Shown piece after piece: positions 58,619 to 64,000 of a DNA stretch of 64,000 bases. The notes under the pieces were generated by a model. The model was not told the origin of the DNA. It saw only the letters and a list, made by a program, of their open reading frames with translations, and searched no databases. The stretch comes from an uncultured bacterium (GTDB lineage Bacteria > Chloroflexota > UBA5177 > JANWHV01), in NCBI GenBank assembly GCA_963729625.1, contig CAVSOU010000011.1:672001-736000 (forward strand). The letters run 5' to 3'. Numbering within the stretch: position 1 is the stretch's first letter; each line of letters starts with the position of its first letter. The position numbers and the translations under genes were made by a program.

Positions 58619-59116
58619 ATGACGATCATGACAATTCGCGCCGTTTGGCAGCCATTGAATGACGTAGTATCGCTTCGAGACGCCATGGACCGCCTGGTGG
58701 CTGACAGCTTCATCAGCCCCCGCACGCTACTCGGCACGGTCGGGGCCAACCTGTCGGTATCGGCCAACCTCTATGAGACAAATGATGGCTATATTGCGCA
58801 GTTCTCGCTGCCGGGAGTCGACCCCGACCAGGTACAGGTCACCGTCCAGGGCGACACGGTCTATCTGAAAGGCGAGCGCATCAATCAGTCCTTCGAGAAC
58901 GCTCAGCAAATCTGGAACGGTATCGGGGAGGGCCACTTTGAGCAGGCTTTCAGCTTGCCAATGGCAGTGGACGCCCAGGGAGCTCAGGCAACGTACGCCT
59001 GGGGTATGCTGACCCTTCGCCTGGCCAAGGCCCAGCACGCACGCGCCCACACGATCAAGGTGAGCGCCGGTACAAGCCAGGAAGTGAAGATCCCTGAACA
59101 GGCCGCTTCCAGCTAG
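58619..59116 (+). CDS. Hsp20/alpha-crystallin small heat shock protein
   Basis: SLRDAMDRL, LPGVDPDQVQV, F...FSLP..VDA..AQATY..GMLTL.L.K. Confidence 0.93.
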   Translation: MTIMTIRAVWQPLNDVVSLRDAMDRLVADSFISPRTLLGTVGANLSVSANLYETNDGYIAQFSLPGVDPDQVQVTVQGDTVYLKGERINQSFENAQQIWNGIGEGHFEQAFSLPMAVDAQGAQATYAWGMLTLRLAKAQHARAHTIKVSAGTSQEVKIPEQAASS

Positions 59117-59123
59117 TAGGCCC

Positions 59124-59181
59124 ACGCACGCAATAAACCGGGGAGGTAGTGGCCATTACCTCCCCGGTTTATTGCGTGCGT
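59124..59181. terminator. 58-bp near-perfect palindrome; bidirectional terminator between hsp20 and ftsH
   Basis: 25-bp perfect arms ACGCACGCAATAAACCGGGGAGGTA around GTGGCCAT. Confidence 0.82.
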
Positions 59182-59312
59182 CGAAGCACGTGATTATCAG
59201 TTGTGGAAGTTCCTTTGAGAGCACCATCACCTCGGCCGAGTAGCACAGCTGGTGTTCGGCGTTGCCCGCCCCCGTCAATGCGCGCACGCCCTACAGCTTG
59301 CGGGCTCGAGCG

Positions 59313-61367
59313 TCAATGCAGGTGCTCCGCACCACCGGGCGTCCCGGTTCGCAACTTGCGACGCCCGTCAGCCTTCCTAGCTCGTAGCTGATCGAGCGGC
59401 GGCGCGACGGCGTGGCCATTCCCGAGATTGTGCGCGCCCTGTACGAGGGCCACAATTTGCTCCAGGTTCAACGTCTCCTCTCTCATGAGCGCCGTGGCGA
59501 TAGCGTCGAGTGCGGTGCGATTCTCGCTCAGTAGCACGTGCGCTTGCCCGTGCGCTTCGTCGATGAGCCGGTGCACCGCGGCATCGATGCGCTGCGCGGT
59601 TTCATCACCGTGCTCTTTTGGCTCCCAGCCCACATATGGGTTGCCGCCCAGACCTCCGTCGCCGGAACCACCGAAGGACTCAGGGCCTAACTCGTCGGCC
59701 ATGCCGAGCTCCGTGACCATGGCCCGCGCCAGGCTGGTTACACCCTGTAAGTCGTTCTGCGCTCCTGACGTGATATCATCGCAGGCGATTTCCTCTGCCG
59801 CCCGCCCACCTAACCCCACCGCCATGCGGTTGAGCAAATAGCCCCTCCGGTAGCTGCGCCGATCGTCAATCGGTAAGAACTGTGTCACGCCCAGTGAGCG
59901 CCCGCGCGGCGTGATCGTCACGCGGCGAATCAGATCCATGTTAGGCAGGAGGTGGGCGACAAGAGCGTGCCCGCTCTCATGGTAGGAAGCGGTACGGCGC
60001 TCGTCCTCGTTCATCAATGCCGCTCCCCGCGCGCCGAGCGTGATGCGGTCTAGAGCTGCGTCGAAGTCCGAAGCGGTGACCGCTGCCCTGCCCGTACGCG
60101 CCGCGATCAGTGCTGCCTCATTGGCCAGGTTGGCCAGGTCGGCCCCGCTCATGCCCGGCGTGGCTTGGGCGATCAGTCCCAGCTGCACGTCACCAGCAAG
60201 CGGGATCTGTTTCGTGTGCAGCTTCAAGATCGCCTCACGCCCTTGTCTGTCCGGCGGATCGACGGCAACCTGGCGGTCGAATCGGCCGGGCCGCAGCAGT
60301 GCCGGATCCAGGACCTCGGGCCGGTTGGTAGCAGCCAGCACGATCACTGCCTCGTTTGGCTCAAAGCCATCCATCGCCGAAAGCAGTTGGTTGAGCGTCT
60401 GCTCGCGTTCGTCATTCGAACCGCCACCCATTGGTCCACTGCCGCCGCGCCTGCGACCGATCGCGTCGATCTCGTCGATGAAGACGATAGACGGCGCATT
60501 GGCCCTTGCCTTGTCGAACAAGTCGCGCACCCGGCTGGCGCCCACACCTACGAACATCTCTACAAACTCGGTGGCGCTGATGCTAAAGAACGGCGTGCGA
60601 GCCTCGCCGGCAACGGCGCGTGCCATCAGCGTCTTGCCCGTGCCGGGAGGTCCCACCAGCAGCACACCCTTGGGGATGCGGGCGCCTAGGAGCAGGTACT
60701 TGGTCGGATCGCGCAGGAAATCCACCTCCTCGCGCAGCTCCGCTTTGGCGGCGTCCACGCCTGCCACATCGGCGAAGGTGGTAGCGGGGCGCTCCACGGT
60801 ATAGAGCTTGGCGCGGCTCTTTCCAAAGCTGAACAAACCTCCTTGCTGGCCGCGCATAGCGCGCATGCCGAAGTAAATCAGGCCAATGAAAAAGAGAAAC
60901 GGCAAGGCCTGCAGCAGGAGCGTGAGCACGCTCAGCCAGACCGGCGTGACCGTGCTTGTACCGGTGATCAGCACGTTGTGGGAGGTCAAGGTACCTACCA
61001 GCGCAGGATCGTCGATCGGCAGGAGCGTCGTGGTGTAGTGCGCATAGACCTTGCCGGTGGACGGGTCCTTATATGCGTGCTTGAAGTCGCCGGAAGTGGT
61101 ACTTGTGGTGACGTCGGCCGTCTTCACGGTACCTGCCTTGACCTGGGACAGGAAGGTGCTGTAGGGCAGGGTGGTGGTTGGACTGCTGCTGGAGCGGTTG
61201 AGCAACGGGCCGTAAAACACAAGGTTGAAGATCAGTATCGCTGCCAGCCAGCCGAGCCACTGGCGTCGCGACATGCCGAAGTGCAGCCGCTTGCTGGCAG
61301 GAGGGCCCGGTGGCGCCGGCGATCCCGAGCGTCTCCTCGTGCTGAGGTCATTCACGGTCTTCTCCAT
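59313..61367 (-). CDS. ftsH: ATP-dependent zinc metalloprotease FtsH
   Basis: Two TM helices; [28 protein letters not shown]. Confidence 0.97.
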   Translation of the reverse strand: MEKTVNDLSTRRRSGSPAPPGPPASKRLHFGMSRRQWLGWLAAILIFNLVFYGPLLNRSSSSPTTTLPYSTFLSQVKAGTVKTADVTTSTTSGDFKHAYKDPSTGKVYAHYTTTLLPIDDPALVGTLTSHNVLITGTSTVTPVWLSVLTLLLQALPFLFFIGLIYFGMRAMRGQQGGLFSFGKSRAKLYTVERPATTFADVAGVDAAKAELREEVDFLRDPTKYLLLGARIPKGVLLVGPPGTGKTLMARAVAGEARTPFFSISATEFVEMFVGVGASRVRDLFDKARANAPSIVFIDEIDAIGRRRGGSGPMGGGSNDEREQTLNQLLSAMDGFEPNEAVIVLAATNRPEVLDPALLRPGRFDRQVAVDPPDRQGREAILKLHTKQIPLAGDVQLGLIAQATPGMSGADLANLANEAALIAARTGRAAVTASDFDAALDRITLGARGAALMNEDERRTASYHESGHALVAHLLPNMDLIRRVTITPRGRSLGVTQFLPIDDRRSYRRGYLLNRMAVGLGGRAAEEIACDDITSGAQNDLQGVTSLARAMVTELGMADELGPESFGGSGDGGLGGNPYVGWEPKEHGDETAQRIDAAVHRLIDEAHGQAHVLLSENRTALDAIATALMREETLNLEQIVALVQGAHNLGNGHAVAPPLDQLRARKADGRRKLRTGTPGGAEHLH

Positions 61368-62021
61368 CCACGAAGCGGATTCCCGGCCACCGACGATCGA
61401 ATCGCCGGGATCGTCGCCGCTGTGCCAGGGCGCATGCTATTCCGCAGAACTCTGCCGGCCGGCCTGCGACGACGTTCGACGGTGGTTACAAGTAAGCCAG
61501 GACGTGTCCAGCAACCGATTCACACAGCGGCACGACTGCCACACTCAAGATCCACAGCAGTGGCCTGACGTGGGTTCTGCTAGCGTTCACTTTGTCTCCT
61601 CGCTCCCGGCAAGCCGGCCTGCGGTTGCCGCCGGTCAGTCACGGCCGGTCTTGCCCAGACCACCGCGCGCCACCCTGCAAGTGCCGCCGTCAGCCTACGG
61701 ATAGAGCGGCGCGCCCTCTCGCACTGCCAAAGGGGCCGTGCGAGCGCGCTGCCGTTTGCGTGCCCCCAGCTTTGGGCGGCAGCGACCGCGGGCTGAGCCG
61801 CGTCGGTTCCTCTCTAGCATGGGCGTCTCGCGCCGTGCTGTCAACTTAATGTGAAATATCCTCCATCTATGGACGTGATGATCGCCGACAGATTGGACAT
61901 TTGCTATGATGAACCTACTGCTAATTTCTGACTGCCCATGCGTGCTGCAGGCGACTGGGCGCCCGCTGGCTGCGCGGGCATAGCACGCGGTCCAGTTCTA
62001 AGGGCAGGGTGGAGGCACGGC

Positions 62022-62507
62022 ATGATGGCGGACAGGAACAAGCGTGCGCACATTCACCACCCAAATACCTTCGGGCAACGTGCCGCCGATACTATCGCCA
62101 ACAGCATGGGATCGTGGCCGTTCATCATCTGGCAGAGCGCGATAGTCGGCGTATGGGTCGTGCTCAATATCCTGGGCTTCATTCGCCACTGGGACCCCTA
62201 CCCTTTCATCCTGCTAAATCTGCTGTTCTCGACCCAGGCTGCCTATGCGGCACCGATTATCATGATGAGCCAGAATCGCCAGGCGCAAAAAGACCATCTG
62301 CGCGACGACCATGAGGCCGCTGAGGTGGAGCTGCTCTTCACGATCAACCAGCGACAACTCGAGATTCTGCAGTTACTGCAGGCCGGCATTGATCCCAATG
62401 GAGCTGACAAGGGAGATGGTGATCCGGCGCTTCGGGCAAAGACCGCGAAGTTGCAAGACGAAGCGCGCGAGTTGGCCAGCGAGATTAGCGGGAACGCATC
62501 GTCGTAA
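62022..62507 (+). CDS. DUF1003 membrane protein
   Basis: GSWPFI, WDPYPFILLNL, AAYAAPIIMMSQNRQ; RBS GGAGG. Confidence 0.92.
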   Translation: MMADRNKRAHIHHPNTFGQRAADTIANSMGSWPFIIWQSAIVGVWVVLNILGFIRHWDPYPFILLNLLFSTQAAYAAPIIMMSQNRQAQKDHLRDDHEAAEVELLFTINQRQLEILQLLQAGIDPNGADKGDGDPALRAKTAKLQDEARELASEISGNASS

Positions 62508-63167
62508 GGGTGTCGTGCGTCAGAGTTACCGGTAGAGAGATCCACCGAACGCTGTTGCCACGACGATGACGGAGGGCGCGGCGTGGGGCGCCGGAGTACG
62601 AGACGCCCCATCCGGTCGCAGATCGCGCTACGTTGAGGGCGCGGCGGGCGCGATGCCTTCCAACAGGCTGTCGTCGCGGAGCAGCGCCTGCACCTCCTCG
62701 ATGGTGAGCGTGTCGGGCGGCAGCATAATTGCCGAGGCTACGAGGCGCCAGTTCCGGCGCTGTCGTTGGCCGGCGTTGTTAGGCGGGCCAGTTTGGCTTG
62801 ATACCGCTCAGCCCGCGTGTTCGGCAAGGGGTGCTTCCGCGGCTTGCGCCCATGGATCGTACGAGGTGGGTTTTGCGGGTTGATTCTCTTCTCGCCAGGC
62901 ATCTTCATCTCCCTACATGCGTGGTGTCAGCGCGCGTTCTTGAGCGGCCGCAGGCTTTGGTGGCAGTACGAACAGGTGACCGACGCGTACGGGATAAGTG
63001 CCGCGCACGCTGGGCATCCGCGAAGGGCACCGTGCGCCGGCAAGCGCTCGCGGCGTGCAAATGAGAATCCCATCGCCCGTCGCCACTGCTTGCAGTATGC
63101 CCCGCCATTATGAAGCCAAGCCCGGATCCACGCAAGCGCGCACCGGGCGACGGTGGAAGGTGTCATA

Positions 63168-63560
63168 TTAGTCATCTTTATAGTCACGTATGCGACCCTG
63201 TTGCTGGCTCAGCGTTTGGACCGGCCCGGAGTCGATCACGAGCTCGGGTAACCTCGAGGTTCCGCCGGCGGCGCAGATTCCTGTGACCTCCTGCGGATGC
63301 TTGCGGAACCACCGGGAGAATCCATCTGTTGCCGATGCCATCTGTTTCATAGCGGCGTCGAGATCGTCGCTCTCAAACGTGGCGATAAACATGTGACCAC
63401 CGTTCGGCATTGGCTGGACATAGCTTCGCTCGCGCAGTCCAGCGTGCTGCCGGGCCGCTACGAGCTCGGCTCGGCGCGGCCCGGTCAGGTCGGCTATGAA
63501 CCGCCGGTGCTGGCCAACATCGGCTTCCGGGACAGGTATCGCCAAAACAAGCAAGGTCAT
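63168..63560 (-). CDS. Hypothetical protein (dimeric alpha-beta barrel-like)
   Basis: Follows groEL; FIADLTGPRRAE..G..RE..Y.Q..F..WF pattern. Confidence 0.6.
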   Translation of the reverse strand: MTLLVLAIPVPEADVGQHRRFIADLTGPRRAELVAARQHAGLRERSYVQPMPNGGHMFIATFESDDLDAAMKQMASATDGFSRWFRKHPQEVTGICAAGGTSRLPELVIDSGPVQTLSQQQGRIRDYKDD

Positions 63561-63582
63561 AGGCCGGTTCTAGGGCGGGGCC

Positions 63583-64000
63583 CTAGTAGTCGCCCATGCC
63601 GCCACCGGGCGGCATCGCCGGCGCGCTCTTCTCCGGAATGTCGGTAATGATGGTCTCGGTGGTCAACAGCATGGTGGCAACCGAGGCTGCGTTCTGCAGG
63701 CCGGAGCGCGTCACCTTCAGCGGGTCGATGATACCGGCCTTGAACAGGTCCTCATACGCGCCCGTGAGGGCGTTGAAGCCGACGCCCGGCTCGTTGTGGC
63801 GCACCGCGTTGACGACCACGGAGCCCTCGGCCCCAGCGTTCTTGGCAATCTGCCGGAGGGGCTCCTCGAGAGCGCGGCGCAGGATGTTCACGCCGGTCTT
63901 CTCGTCGCCGACCACTTCCAGACTGTCCAGGGCGGGAAGTGCGTTGATCAAAGCGGTACCACCGCCTGCGACCATGCCCTCTTCCACCCCGGCACGCGTC
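63583..64000 (-). CDS. groEL: Chaperonin GroEL, 3' part (runs off the window)
   Basis: [33 protein letters not shown] tail. Confidence 0.97.
   Translation of the reverse strand, partial: TRAGVEEGMVAGGGTALINALPALDSLEVVGDEKTGVNILRRALEEPLRQIAKNAGAEGSVVVNAVRHNEPGVGFNALTGAYEDLFKAGIIDPLKVTRSGLQNAASVATMLLTTETIITDIPEKSAPAMPPGGGMGDY

Overview
GC-rich (~65-67% by eye) chromosomal accessory region, most likely from a Chloroflexota bacterium. The taxon is inferred from a DUF6788-like/BTAD regulator, XRE-STAND regulators and lineage-typical small proteins. All family calls are by-eye motif recognition; no searches were run. From left to right the window holds: (1) a glycoside-catabolic cluster (GH3, a GH63/MGH1-like hydrolase and two URO-D/MtaA-like proteins) and an LLM oxidoreductase; (2) an ORF-less group II intron; (3) two damaged XRE-STAND regulators, each facing a divergent small ORF, with a four-way mosaic of mobile-element shards between them; (4) a frameshifted AfsR-like regulator followed by a cluster of secreted proteins; (5) inverted copies of an XRE antitoxin module; (6) a copper/redox island (DoxX-Rieske, CDF, CopC, two-component system, sulfocyanin, Tat-Rieske, collapsed ferric reductase, FMN-binding protein) whose five promoters share a TCAT-box architecture, and which includes a possible CxxU micro-selenoprotein; (7) a GGDEF-double-P-loop-TPR protein, a second sulfocyanin, MOSC, EamA and DUF47 genes; (8) a heat-shock neighbourhood (CIRCE, hsp20, ftsH, 3' end of groEL). 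No rRNA, tRNA or CRISPR array was seen. Short gene remnants are abundant throughout.
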